A stretch of DNA of 64,000 bases from Eledone cirrhosa (Eukaryota), in assembly GCA_964016885.1 (NCBI GenBank), contig OZ024741.1:410254001-410318000 (forward strand), read 5' to 3'. The translations under genes and the position numbers were made by a program. Positions 8,486 through 22,800 of this stretch are shown one piece after another. Every line of letters begins with the position of its first letter. The stretch's first letter is position 1. The notes beneath the pieces are model-generated. The model made no database searches and was not told the origin of the DNA. It worked only from the letters and a program-made list of their open reading frames with translations.

Positions 8486-11400
8486 CAAAATACACCCCGT
8501 CCCACCACCACCACCCCCACCCCATCCACACCACCCCGTTCTATGTAAAGTAATGTTGGTGCCACACCATCCAGGCCGAAACAAATGAGATCGTGTAGGT
8601 GTCACGACAAAAAAACACACAGTCCACGCTGTAATGTGGCCGTGTAGGCAACACGGTAAAAACCTCCCAGACCCACACTGTAAATGTGGTTGGTGTTAGG
8701 AAGGGCATCCAACTGTAGAAAACCTGCCAGACAGTCCTATGCGAGCAAGACAATCACTCTTGCCTCAAGTGGGACTACCCCCGTCCAAACCCATGCAAGC
8801 GTGGAACACGGACGTTAAACGTTGATGATGATGATGATGATGATGATGATTTCTAATGTAAGACACTGTCTATGTTGTTTAATCCTTTCATTACCATATT
8901 TCTAATGTAAGACACTGTCTATGTTGTTTAACCCTTTCATTACCATATTTCTAATGTAAGACACTGTCTATGTTGTTTAACCCTTTCATTACCATATTTC
9001 TAATGTAAGACACTGTCTATGTTGTTTAACCCTTTCATTACCATATTTCTAATGTAAGACACTGTCTATGTTGTTTAACCCTTTCATTACCATATTTCTC
9101 ATGTAAGACACTGTCTATGTTGTTTAACCATTTCATTATCATATTACTAATGTAAGACACTGTCTATGTTGTTTAACCCTTTCATTATCATATTTCTAAT
9201 GTAAGACACTGTCTATGTTGTTTAACTCTTTAATTACCATATTTCTAATGAAAGACACTGTCTATGTTGTTTAACCCTTTCATTACCATATTTCTCATGT
9301 AAGACACTGTCTATGTTGTTTAACCATTTCATTATCATATTACTAATGTAAGACACTGTCTATGTTGTTTAACCCTTTCATTATCATATTTCTAATGTAA
9401 GACACTGTCTATGTTGTTTAACTCTTTAATTACCATATTTCTAATGAAAGACACTGTCTATGTTGTTTAACCCTTTCATTACCATATTTCTCATGTAAGA
9501 CACTGTCTATGTTGTTTAACCATTTCATTATCATATTACTAATGTAAGACACTGTCTATGTTGTTTAACCATTTCATTATCATATTACTAATGTAAGACA
9601 CTGTCTATGTTGTTTAACCCTTTCATTATCATATTTCTAATGTAAGACACTGTCTATGTTGTTTAACTCTTTAATTACCATATTTCTAATGAAAGACACT
9701 GTCTATGTTGTTTAACCCTTTCATTACCATATTTCTCATGTAAGACACTGTCTATGTTGTTTAACCATTTCATTATCATATTACTAATGTAAGACACTGT
9801 CTATGTTGTTTAACCCTTTCATTACCATATTTCTCATGTAAGACACTGTCTATGTTGTTTAACCATTTCATTATCATATTTCTAATGTAAGACACTGTCT
9901 ATGTTGTTTAACTCTTTAATTACCATATTTCTAATGAAAGACACTGTCTATGTTGTTTAACCCTTTTACTACCATATTTCTAATGAAAGACACTGTCTAT
10001 GTCTTTAACCCTTTCATTACCATATTTCTTATGTAAGACACTGTCTATGTTGTTTAACCTTTTTATTACCTTATTTATAACGTAAGACACTGTCTATATT
10101 GTTTAACCTTTTTATTACCTTATTTCTTATGTAAGACACTGTCTATGTTGTTTAACCCTTTCATTACCATATTTCTAATATGAGACACTGTCTATGTTGT
10201 TTAATCCGTTCATTACCATATTTCTCATGTAAGACACTGTCTATGTTGTTTAACCCTTCCATTACCATATTTCTAATTTAAGACACTGTTTATGTTGTTT
10301 AACCCTTTCATTACCATATTTCTAATCAAAGACACTAACTATGTCTTTAACACTTTCACTACCATATTTCTAATGAAAGACACTGTCTATGTTTCTTAAC
10401 CCTTTTTGCCATAATTCTAATGTAAGACATTGTCTATGTTGTTTAACCCTTCATTACCATATTTCTAATGTAAGACACTGTCTATGTTGTTTAACCCTTT
10501 CATTACCATATTTCTCATGTAAGACACTGTCTACGTTGTTTAACCCTTTCATTACCTTATTTATAATGTAAGACACTGTCTATGTTGTTTAAACATTTCA
10601 TTACCATATTTCTAATGTAAGACACCGTCTACGTTGTTTAAAACTTTCATTACCATATTTCTAATGTAAGAGACTGTCTATGTTGTTTAACCCTTTCATT
10701 ACCATATTTCTAATGTAAGAGACTGTCTATGTTGTTTAACCCTTTCACTACCATATTTCTAATGTAAGACACTGTCTATGTTGTTTAACCCTTTCACTAC
10801 CATATTTCTAATGTAAGACACTGTCTATGTTGTGTAATCCTTTCATTACCATATTTCTAATGTAAGACACTGTCTATGTTGTTTAACCCTTTCATTACCA
10901 TATTTCTAATGTAAGACACTGTCTATATTGTTTAACCCTTTCATTACCATATTTCTAATGTAAGACACTGTCTATGTTGTTTAACCCTTTCATTACCATA
11001 TTTCTAATGTAAGACACTGTCTATATTGTTTAACCCTTTCATTACCATATTTCTAATGTAAGACACTGTCTATGTTGTTTAACCCTTTCACTACCATATT
11101 TCTAATGTAAGACACTGTCTATGTTGTTTAACCCTTTCACTACCATATTTCTAATGTAAGACACTGTCGACGTTGTTTAATCCTTTCATTACCATATTTC
11201 TAATGAAAGACACTGTCTTTGTTGTTTAACCCATTCATTACCATATTTCTAATGAAAGACACTGTCTATGTTGTTTAAACCCTTTCATTACCATATTTCT
11301 AAAGAAATACACTGTCTAAGTTGTTTAATCCTTTCATTACCATATTTCTATGAAAGACACTGTCTATGTTGTTTAACCCTTTCATTACCATATTTCTAAT

Positions 11401-14400
11401 GTAAGACACTGTCTATGTTGTTTAACCCTTTCATTACCATATTTCTCATGTAAGACACTGTCTATGTTGTTTAACCCTTTCATTATCATATTTTTCATGT
11501 AAGACACTCTCTATGTTGTTTAACCTTTCATTATCATATTACTAATGTAAGAGACTGTCTATGTTGTTTAACCCTTCCATTACCATATTTCTAATGAAAG
11601 ACACTGTCTATGTTGTTTAACCCTTTCATTACCATATTTCTAATGTAAGACACTGTCTATGTTGTTTAAACCTTTCACTACCTTATTTATAATGAAAGAC
11701 ACTGTCTATGTTGTTTTACCCTTTCATTACCATGTTTCTAATGTAAGACACTGTCTATGTTGTTTTACCCTTTCATTACCATATTTCTAATCTAAGACAC
11801 TGTCTATGTTGTTTAACCCTTTCATTACCATATTTCTAATGTAAGACACTGTCTATGTTGTTTTACCCTTTCATTACCATATTTCTAATGTAAGACACTG
11901 TCTATGTTGTTTTACCCTTTCATTACCATATTTCTAATGTAAGACACTGTCTATGTTGTTTAACCCTTTCACTGCCATATTTCTAATGTAAGACACTGTC
12001 TATGTTGTTTAACCCTTTTATTACCATATTTCTAATGTAAGACACTGTCTTTGTTGTTTAACCCATTCATTACCATATTTCTAATGAAAGACACTGTCTT
12101 TGTTGTTTAACCCATTCATTACCATATTTCTAATGAAAGACACTGTCTATGTTGTTTAACCCTTTCATTACCATATTTCTAATGAAAGACACTGTCTATG
12201 TTGTTTAATCCTTTCATTACCATATTACTATGAAAGACACTGTCTATGTTGTTTAACCTTTTCATTACCATATTTCTAATGTAAGACACTGTCTATGTTG
12301 TTTTACCCTTTCATTACCATATTTCTAATGTAAGACACTGTCTATGTTGTTTAACCCTTTCATTACCATATTTCTAATGTAAGACACTGTCTATGTTGTT
12401 TTACCCTTTCATTACCCTATTTCTAATGTAAGACACTGTCTATGTTGTTTTACCCTTTCATTACCATATTTCTAATGTAAGACACTGTCTATGTTGTTTA
12501 ACCCTTTCACTACCATATTTCTAATGTAAGACACTGTCTATGTTGTTTAACCCTTTCATTACCATATTTCTAATGTAAGACACTGTTTATATTGTTTAAC
12601 CCTTTCATTACCATATTTCTAATGTGAGACCCTGTCTATGTTGTTTAACTCTTTCATTACCATATTTCTAATGTAAGAGACTGTCTATGTTGTTTAACCA
12701 TTTCACTACCCTATTTCTAATGTAAGACACTGTCTATGTTGTTTAAGCCTTTCATTACCATATTTCTAATGAAAGACACTGTCTATGTTGTTTAGCCCTT
12801 TCATTACCATATTTCTAATGAAAGACACTGTCTATGTTGTTTAACCCTTTCATTACCATATTTTCTATGTAAACACTGTCTATGTTGTTTAACCCTTTCA
12901 TTACCAAATTTCTAATGTAAGAGACTGTCTATGTTGTTTAACCCTTTCATTACCATATTTCTAATGTAAGAGACTGTCTATGTTGTTTAACCCTTTCATT
13001 ACCATAATTCTAATGAAAGTCAGTGTCTATGTCTTTAACCCTTCCATTACCATACTTCTAATGTAAGACACTGTCTATGTTGTTTAACCCTTCCATTACC
13101 ATATTTCTAATGTAAGAGACTGTCTATGTTGTTTAACCCTTTCATTACCATATTTGTAATGTAAGAGACGATCTATGTTGTTTAACCCTTTCATTGCCAT
13201 ATTTCTAATGTAAGACACTGTCTATGTTGTTTAACCCTTTCATTGCGATATTTCTAATGTAAGACACTCTCTATGTTGTTTAACGCTTTCATTACCTTAT
13301 TTATAATGTAAGACACTGTCTATGTTGTTTAACCCTTCCATTATCATATTTCTAATGTAAGTCACTGTCTATGTTGTTTAATCCTTTCATTACCATATTT
13401 CTAATGTAAGACACTGTTTATATTGTTTAACCCTTTCATTACCATATTTCTAATGTGAGACCCTGTCTATGTTGTTTAACTCTTTCATTACCATATTTCT
13501 AATGTAAGACACTGTCTATGTTGTTTAATTCTTTCATTACCATATTTCTAATGTAAGACACTGTCTATGTTGTTTAACCCTTTCATTGCCATATTTCTAA
13601 TGTAAGACACTGTCTATGTTGTATAACCCTTTCATTACCATATTTCTAATGTGAGACCCTGTCTATGTTGTTTAACTCTTTCATTACCATATTTCTAATG
13701 TAAGACACTGTCTATGTTGTTTAACTCTTTCATTAACATATTTCTAATGTAATACACTGTCTATGTAGTTTAACCCTTTTACTACCATATTTCTAATGAA
13801 AGACACTGTCTATGTAGTTTAACCCTTTCACTACCATATTTCTAATGTAAGACACTGCTATGTTGTTTAACCCTTTCATTACCATATTTCTAATGTAAGA
13901 CACTGTCTATGTTGTTTAACCCTTTCATTGCCATATTTCTAATGTAAGACACTGTCTATGTTGTATAACCCTTTCACTACAATATTTTTAATATAAGACC
14001 CTGTCTATGTTATTTAACCCTTTCATTACCATATTTCTAATGTAAGACACTGTCTATGTTGTATAATACTTTCACTACCATATTTCTAATGTAAGACCCT
14101 GTCTATGTTGTTTAACGCTTCCATTACAATATTTCTTATGTAAGACACTGTCAATGTTGTTTAACCCTTTCACTACAATATTTCTAATGTTAGACACTGT
14201 CTATGTTGTTTAAACCTTTCACTACAATATTTCTAATGCAAGAAACTGTCTATGTTGTTTAACCCTTCCATTACCATATTTCTTATGTAAGACACTGTCT
14301 AAGTTGTTTAACCCTTTCATTACCATATTTTTAAAGAAAGACACTGTCTATGTTGTTTAACCCTTTCATTACCATATTTCTAACGTAAACACTCTCTATT

Positions 14401-15374
14401 TTGTTTAACCCTTTCAATACCATATTTCTAATGTAAGAGACTGTCTATGTTGTTTAACCCTTTCATTACCATATTTCTAATGTAAGAAACTGTCTATGTT
14501 TTTTAACCCTTTCATTACCATATTTCTTATGTAAGACACTGTCTATGTTGTTTAACCCTTCCATTACCATATTTATAATGTAAGAGACTGTCTATGTTGT
14601 TTAACCCTTTCATTACCATATTTCTAATGTAAGACACTGTCTATGTTGTTTAACCCTTCCATTACCATATTTGTAATGTAAGAGACGGTCTATTTTGTTT
14701 AACCCTTTCATTGCCATATTTCTAATGTAAGACACTGTCTATGTTGTTTAACCCTTTCATTGCGATATTTCTAATGTAAGACACTCTCTATGTTGTTTAA
14801 CCCTTTCATTACCTTATTTATAATGTAAGACACTGTGTATGTTGTTTAACCCTTCCATTACCATATTTCTAATGTAAGACACTGTTTATATTGTTTAACC
14901 CTTTCATTACCATATTTCTAATGTGAGACCCTGTCTATGTTGTTTAACTCTTTCATTACCATATTTCTAATGTAAGAGACTGTCTACGTTGTTTAACCAT
15001 TTCACTACCCTATTTCTAATGTAAGACACTGTCTATGTTGTTTAAGCCTTTCATTACCATATTTCTAATGAAAGACACTGTCTATGTTGTTTAGCCCTTT
15101 CATTACCATATTTCTAAAGAAAGACACTGTCTATGTTGTTTAACCCTTTAATTACCATATTTCTAACGTAAACACTCTCTATTTTGTTTAACCCTTTCAA
15201 TACCATATTTCTAATGTAAGAGACTGTCTATGTTGTTTAACCCTTTCATTACCATATTTCTAATGTAAGAAACTGTCTATGTTTTTTAACCCTTTCATTA
15301 CCATATTTCTTATGTAAGACACTGTCTATGTTGTTTAACCCTTCCATTACCATATTTCTAATGTAAGACTCTGT

Positions 15375-18300
15375 CTATGTTGTTTAACCCTTTCATTACC
15401 ATATTTCTAATGTAAGACACTGTCTATGTTGTTTAACCCTTCCATTACCATATTTCTTATGTAAGACACTGTCTATGTTGTTTAACCCTTCCATTACCAT
15501 ATTTCTAATGTAAGACACTGTCTATGTTGTTTAACCTTTTCACTACCATCTTTAACACTTTCATTACCATATTTATTATTTAAGACACTGTCTATGTTGT
15601 TTAACCCTTTAATTACCATATTTCTAATGTAAGACCATGTCTATGTTGTTTAACACTTTCATTACCTTATTTATAATGTAAGACACCGTCTATGTTGTTT
15701 AACCTTTTCACTACCATCTTTAACACTTTCATTACCATATTTCTTATGTAAGACACTGTCTATGTTGTTTAATCCTTTCATTACCATATTTCTAATGTAA
15801 GACACTGTCTATGGTGTTTAACCCTTTCATTACCATATTTCGAATGTAAGACACTGTCTATGTTGTTTAACCCTTTCATTACCATATTTCTAATGTAAGA
15901 CTCTGTCTATGTTGTTTAACCCTTTCATTACCATATTTCTAATGTAAGACACTGTCTATGTTGTTTAACCCTTTCATTAGTATATTTCTAATGTAAGACT
16001 CTGTCTATGTTGTTTAACCCTTCCATTATTATATTTCTAATGTAAGACACTGTTTATGTTGTTTAACCCTTCCATTACCATATTTTTAATGTAAGACACT
16101 GTCTATGTTGTTTAACCCTTTCATTACCATATTTCTAATGTAAGAGACTGTCTATGTTGTTTAACCTTTTCACTACCCTATTTCTAATGTAAGACACTGT
16201 CTATGTTGTTTAACCCTTCCATTACCATATTTCTCAAGACTCTGTCTATGTTGGTTAACCCTTTCATACCATATTTCTAATGTAATACACTGTCTATGTA
16301 GTTTAACCCTTTTACTACCATATTTCTAAATAAAGACACTGTCTATGTTGTTTAACACTTTCACTACCATATTTCTAATGTAAGACCCTGTCTCTGTTGT
16401 TTAACCCTTTCATTACCATATTTCTAATGTAAGACACTGTCTATGTTGTTTAACCCTTTCATTGCCATATTTCTAATGTAAGACACTGTCTATGTTGTAT
16501 AACCCTTTCACTACAATATTTCTAATATAAGACCCTGTCTATGTTGTTTAACCCTTTCATTACCATATTTCTAATGTAAGACACTGTCTATGTTGTATAA
16601 CACTTTCACTACAATATTTCTAACGTAAGGCCCTGTCTATGTTGTTTAACCCTTCCATTACCATATTTCTTATGTAAGACACTGTCTATCTTGTTTAACC
16701 CTTTCACTACAACATTTCTAATGTTAGACACTGTCTATGTTGTTTAAACCTTTCACTACAATATTTCTAATGCAAGACACTGTCTATGTTGTTTAACCCT
16801 TCCATTACCATATTTCTTATGTAAGATACTGTCGATGTTGTTTAACCCTTTCACTACCATATTTCTAATGTAAGACACTGTCTAAGTTGTTTAACCCTTT
16901 CATTACCATATTTCTAATGTAAACACTCTCTATGTTGTTTAACCCTTTCATTGCGATATTTCTAATGTAAGACACTCTCTATGTTGTTTAACCCTTTCAT
17001 TACCTTATTTATAATGTAAGACACTGTCTATGTTGTTTAACCCTTCCATTACCATATTTCTAATGTAAGACACTGTTTATATTGTTTAACCCTTTCATTA
17101 CCATATTTCTAATGTGAGACCCTGTCTATGTTGTTTAACTCTTTCATTACCATATTTCTAATGTAAGAGACTGTCTATGTTGTTTAACCATTTCACTACC
17201 CTATTTCTAATGTAAGACACTGTCTATGTTGTTTAAGCCTTTCATTACCATATTTCTAATGAAAGACACTGTCTATGTTGTTTAGCCCTTTCATTACCAT
17301 ATTTCTAATGAAAGACACTGTCTATGTTGTTTAACCCTTTCATTACCATATTTTCTATGTAAACACTGTCTATGTTGTTTAACCCTTTCATTACCAAATT
17401 TCTAATGTAAGAGACTGTCTATGTAGTTTAACCCTTTTACTACCATATTTCTAATGAAAGACACTGTCTATGTTGTTTAACACTTTCACTACCATATTTC
17501 TAATGTAAGACCCTGCTATGTTGTTTAACCCTTTCATTACCATATTTCTAATGTAAGACACTGTCTATGTTGTTTAACCCTTCCATTACCATATTTCTTA
17601 TGTAAGACACTGTCTATGTTGTTTAACCCTTCCATTACCATATTTCTAATGTAAGACACTGTCTATGTTGTTTAACCTTTTCACTACCATCTTTAACACT
17701 TTCATTACCATATTTATTATTTAAGACACTGTCTATGTTGTTTAACCCTTTAATTACCATATTTCTAATGTAAGACCATGTCTATGTTGTTTAACACTTT
17801 CATTACCTTATTTATAATGTAAGACACCGTCTATGTTGTTTAACCTTTTCACTACCATCTTTAACACTTTCATTACCATATTTCTTATGTAAGACACTGT
17901 CTATGTTGTTTAATCCTTTCATTACCATATTTCTAATGTAAGACACTGTCTATGGTGTTTAACCCTTTCATTACCATATTTCGAATGTAAGACACTGTCT
18001 ATGTTGTTTAACCCTTTCATTACCATATTTCTAATGTAAGACTCTGTCTATGTTGTTTAACCCTTTCATTACCATATTTCTAATGTAAGACACTGTCTAT
18101 GTTGTTTAACCCTTTCATTAGTATATTTCTAATGTAAGACTCTGTCTATGTTGTTTAACCCTTCCATTATTATATTTCTAATGTAAGACACTGTTTATGT
18201 TGTTTAACCCTTCCATTACCATATTTTTAATGTAAGACACTGTCTATGTTGTTTAACCCTTTCATTACCATATTTCTAATGTAAGAGACTGTCTATGTTG

Positions 18301-19700
18301 TTTAACCTTTTCACTACCCTATTTCTAATGTAAGACACTGTCTATGTTGTTTAACCCTTCCATTACCATATTTCTCAAGACTCTGTCTATGTTGGTTAAC
18401 CCTTTCATACCATATTTCTAATGTAATACACTGTCTATGTAGTTTAACCCTTTTACTACCATATTTCTAAATAAAGACACTGTCTATGTTGTTTAACACT
18501 TTCACTACCATATTTCTAATGTAAGACCCTGTCTCTGTTGTTTAACCCTTTCATTACCATATTTCTAATGTAAGACACTCTCTATGTTGTTTAACCCTTT
18601 CATTGCCATATTTCTAATGTAAGACACTGTCTATGTTGTATAACCCTTTCACTACAATATTTCTAATATAAGACCCTGTCTATGTTGTTTAACCCTTTCA
18701 TTACCATATTTCTAATGTAAGACACTGTCTATGTTGTATAACACTTTCACTACAATATTTCTAACGTAAGGCCCTGTCTATGTTGTTTAACCCTTCCATT
18801 ACCATATTTCTTATGTAAGACACTGTCTATCTTGTTTAACCCTTTCACTACAACATTTCTAATGTTAGACACTGTCTATGTTGTTTAAACCTTTCACTAC
18901 AATATTTCTAATGCAAGACACTGTCTATGTTGTTTAACCCTTCCATTACCATATTTCTTATGTAAGATACTGTCGATGTTGTTTAACCCTTTCACTACCA
19001 TATTTCTAATGTAAGACACTGTCTAAGTTGTTTAACCCTTTCATTACCATATTTCTAATGTAAACACTCTCTATGTTGTTTAACCCTTTCATTGCGATAT
19101 TTCTAATGTAAGACACTCTCTATGTTGTTTAACCCTTTCATTACCTTATTTATAATGTAAGACACTGTCTATGTTGTTTAACCCTTCCATTACCATATTT
19201 CTAATGTAAGACACTGTTTATATTGTTTAACCCTTTCATTACCATATTTCTAATGTGAGACCCTGTCTATGTTGTTTAACTCTTTCATTACCATATTTCT
19301 AATGTAAGAGACTGTCTATGTTGTTTAACCATTTCACTACCCTATTTCTAATGTAAGACACTGTCTATGTTGTTTAAGCCTTTCATTACCATATTTCTAA
19401 TGAAAGACACTGTCTATGTTGTTTAGCCCTTTCATTACCATATTTCTAATGAAAGACACTGTCTATGTTGTTTAACCCTTTCATTACCATATTTTCTATG
19501 TAAACACTGTCTATGTTGTTTAACCCTTTCATTACCAAATTTCTAATGTAAGAGACTGTCTATGTAGTTTAACCCTTTTACTACCATATTTCTAATGAAA
19601 GACACTGTCTATGTTGTTTAACACTTTCACTACCATATTTCTAATGTAAGACCCTGCTATGTTGTTTAACCCTTTCATTACCATATTTCTAATGTAAGAC
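15375..19700 (+). repeat. Higher-order tandem duplication, period 2141 bp (ends approximate)
   Basis: Marker CAAGACTCTG at 16235/18376 and CCCTGCTATG at 17511/19652. Confidence 0.85.
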
Positions 19701-19899
19701 ACTGTCTATGTTGTTTAACCCTTTCATTGCCATATTTCTAATGTAAGACACTGTTTATGTTGTATAACCCTTTCACTACAATATTTTTAATATAAGACCC
19801 TGTCTATGTTATTTAACGCTTTCATTACCATATTTCTAATGCAAGACACTGTCTATGTTGTATAATACTTTCACTACAATATTTCTAATGTAAGACCCT

Positions 19900-22800
19900 G
19901 TCTATGTTGTTTAACCCTTCCATTACCATATTTCTTATGTAAGACCCTGTCAATGTTGTTTAACCCTTTCACTACAATATTTCTAATGTTAGACACTGTC
20001 TATGTTGTTTAAACCTTTCACTACAATATTTCTAATGCAAGAAACTGTCTATGTTGTTTAACTCTTCCATTACCATATTTCTTATGTAAGACACTGTCTA
20101 AGTTGTTTAACCCTTTCATTACCATATTTCTAATGAAAGACACTGTCTATGTTGTTTAACCCTTTCATTACCTTATTTCTAATGTAAGAGACTGTCTATG
20201 TTGTTTAACCCTTTCATTACCATATTTCTAATGTAAGAAACTGTCTATGTTTTTTAACCCTTTCATTACCATATTTCTTATGTAAGACACTGTCTATGTT
20301 ATTTAACCCTTCCATTACCATATTTCTAATGTAAGACACTGTCTATGTTGTTTAACCCTTTCATTACCATATTTCTAATGTAAGACACTGTCTATGTTGT
20401 TTAACCCTTCCATTACCATATTTCTTATGTAAGACACTGTCTATGTTGTTTAACACTTCCATTACCATATTTCTTATGTAAGACACTGTCTATGTTGTGT
20501 AACCCTTCCATTACCATATTTCTAATGTAAGACACTGTCTATGTTGTTTAACCCTTTCACTACAATATTTCTAATGTAAGACACTGTCTATGTTGTTTAA
20601 CCCTTTCATTACCATATTTCTAATGTAAGACCATGTCTATGTTGTTTAACACTTTCATTACCTTATTTATAATGTAAGACACCGTCTATGTTGTTTAAAC
20701 TTTTCACTACCATCTTTAACACTTTCATTACCATATTTCTTATGTAAGACACTGTCTATGTTGTTTAATCCTTTCATTACCATATTTCTAATGTAAGACA
20801 CTGTCTATGGTGTTTAACCCTTTCATTACCATATTTCGAATGTAAGACACTGTCTATGTTGTTTAACCCTTTCATTACCATATTTCTAATGTAAGACTCT
20901 GTCTATGTTGTTTAACCCTTTCATTACCATATTTCTAATGTAAGACACTGTCTATGTTGTTTAACCCTTTCATTAGTATATTTCTAATGTAAGACTCTGT
21001 CTATGTTGTTTAACCCTTCCATTACTATATTTCTAATGTAAGACACTGTTTATGTTGTTTAACCCTTCCATTACCATATTTTTAATGTAAGACACTGTCT
21101 ATGTTGTTTAACCCTTTCATTACCATATTTCTAATGTAAGAGACTGTCTATGTTGTTTAACCTTTTCACTACCCTATTTCTAATGTAAGACACTGTCTAT
21201 GTTGTTTAACCCTTCCATTACCATATTTCTCAAGACTCTGTCTATGTTGGTTAACCCTTTCATTACCATATTTCTAATGTAATACACTGTCTATGTTGTT
21301 TAACCCTTTTACTACCATATTTCTAAATAAAGACTCTGTCTATGTTGTTTAACACTTTCACTACCATATTTCTAATGTAAGACCCTGTCTATGTTGTTTA
21401 ACCCTTTCATTACCATATTTCTAATGTAAGACACTGTCTATGTTGTTTAACCCTTTCATTGCCATATTTCTAATGTAAGACACTGTCTATGTTGTATAAC
21501 CCTTTCACTACAATATTTCTAATATAAGACCCTGTCTATGTTGTTTAACCCTTTCATTACCATATTTCTAATGTAAGACACTGTCTATGTTGTATAACAC
21601 TTTCACTACAATATTTCTAATGTAAGACCCTGTCTATGTTGTTTAACCCTTCCATTACCATATTTCTTATGTAAGAAACTGTCTATCTTGTTTAACCCTT
21701 TCACTACAACATTTCTAATGTTAGTCACTGTCTATGTTGTTTAAACCTTTCACTACAATATTTCTAATGCAAGACACTGTCTATGTTGTTTAACCCTTCC
21801 ATTACCATATTTCTTATGCAAGATACTGTCGATGTTGTTTAACCCTTTCACTACCATATTTCTAATGTAAGACACTGTCTAAAATGTTTAACCCTTTCAT
21901 TACCATATTTCTAATGAAAGACACTGTCTATGTTGTTTAACCCTTTCATTACCATATTTCTAACGTAAACACTCTCTATGTTGTTTAACCCTTTCAATAC
22001 CATATTTCTAATGAAAGACACTGTCTATGTTGTTTAACCCTTTCATTACCATATTTCTAACGTAAACACTCTCTATGTTGTTTAACCCTTTCATTACCAT
22101 ATTTCTAACGTAAACACTCTCTAAGTTGTTTAACCCTTTCATTACCATATTTCTTATGTAAGACACTGTCTATCTTGTTTAACCCTTTCACTACAACATT
22201 TCTAATGTTAGACACTGTCTATGTTGTTTAAACCTTTCACTACAATATTTCTAATGCAAGACACTGTCTATGTTGTTTAACCCTTCCATTACCATATTTC
22301 TTATGTAAGATACTGTCGATGTTGTTTAACCCTTTCACTACCATATTTCTAATGTAAGACTCTGTCTATGTTGTTTAACCCTTTCATTACCATATTTCTA
22401 ATGTAAGACACTGTCTATGTTGTTTAACCCTTTCATTAGTATATTTCTAATGTAAGACTCTGTCTATGTTGTTTAACCCTTCCATTACTATATTTCTAAT
22501 GTAAGACACTGTTTATGTTGTTTAACCCTTCCATTACCATATTTTTAATGTAAGAGACTGTCTATGTTGTTTAACCCTTTCATTACCATATTTGTAATGT
22601 AAGACACTGTCTATGTTGTTTAACCTTTTCACTACCATCTTTAACACTTTCATTACCATATTTATTATTTAAGACCCTCTCTATGTTGTTTAACCCTTTA
22701 ATTACCATATTTCTACTGTAAGACCATGTCTATGTTGTTTAACACTTTCATTACCTTATTTATAATGTAAGACACCGTCTATGTCGTTTAACCTTTTCAC

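Larger units (their letters stand above)
6217..8850 (+). mobile_element. 5'-truncated RTE-clade LINE, second subfamily, inserted in the satellite
   Basis: Satellite ...ACCATATTT joins AAAAATATGG (KIWKLK, homologous to copy 1). RT motifs are present and the (TGA)n tail spans 8823-8849. The satellite resumes in register (ATTT-CTAATG), with ATTT on both sides as a short TSD or microhomology. Confidence 0.94.

Noticed and set aside
10389-10571. 60-aa ORF in the satellite
   Set aside because: A chance translation of repeat monomers joined by small indels.
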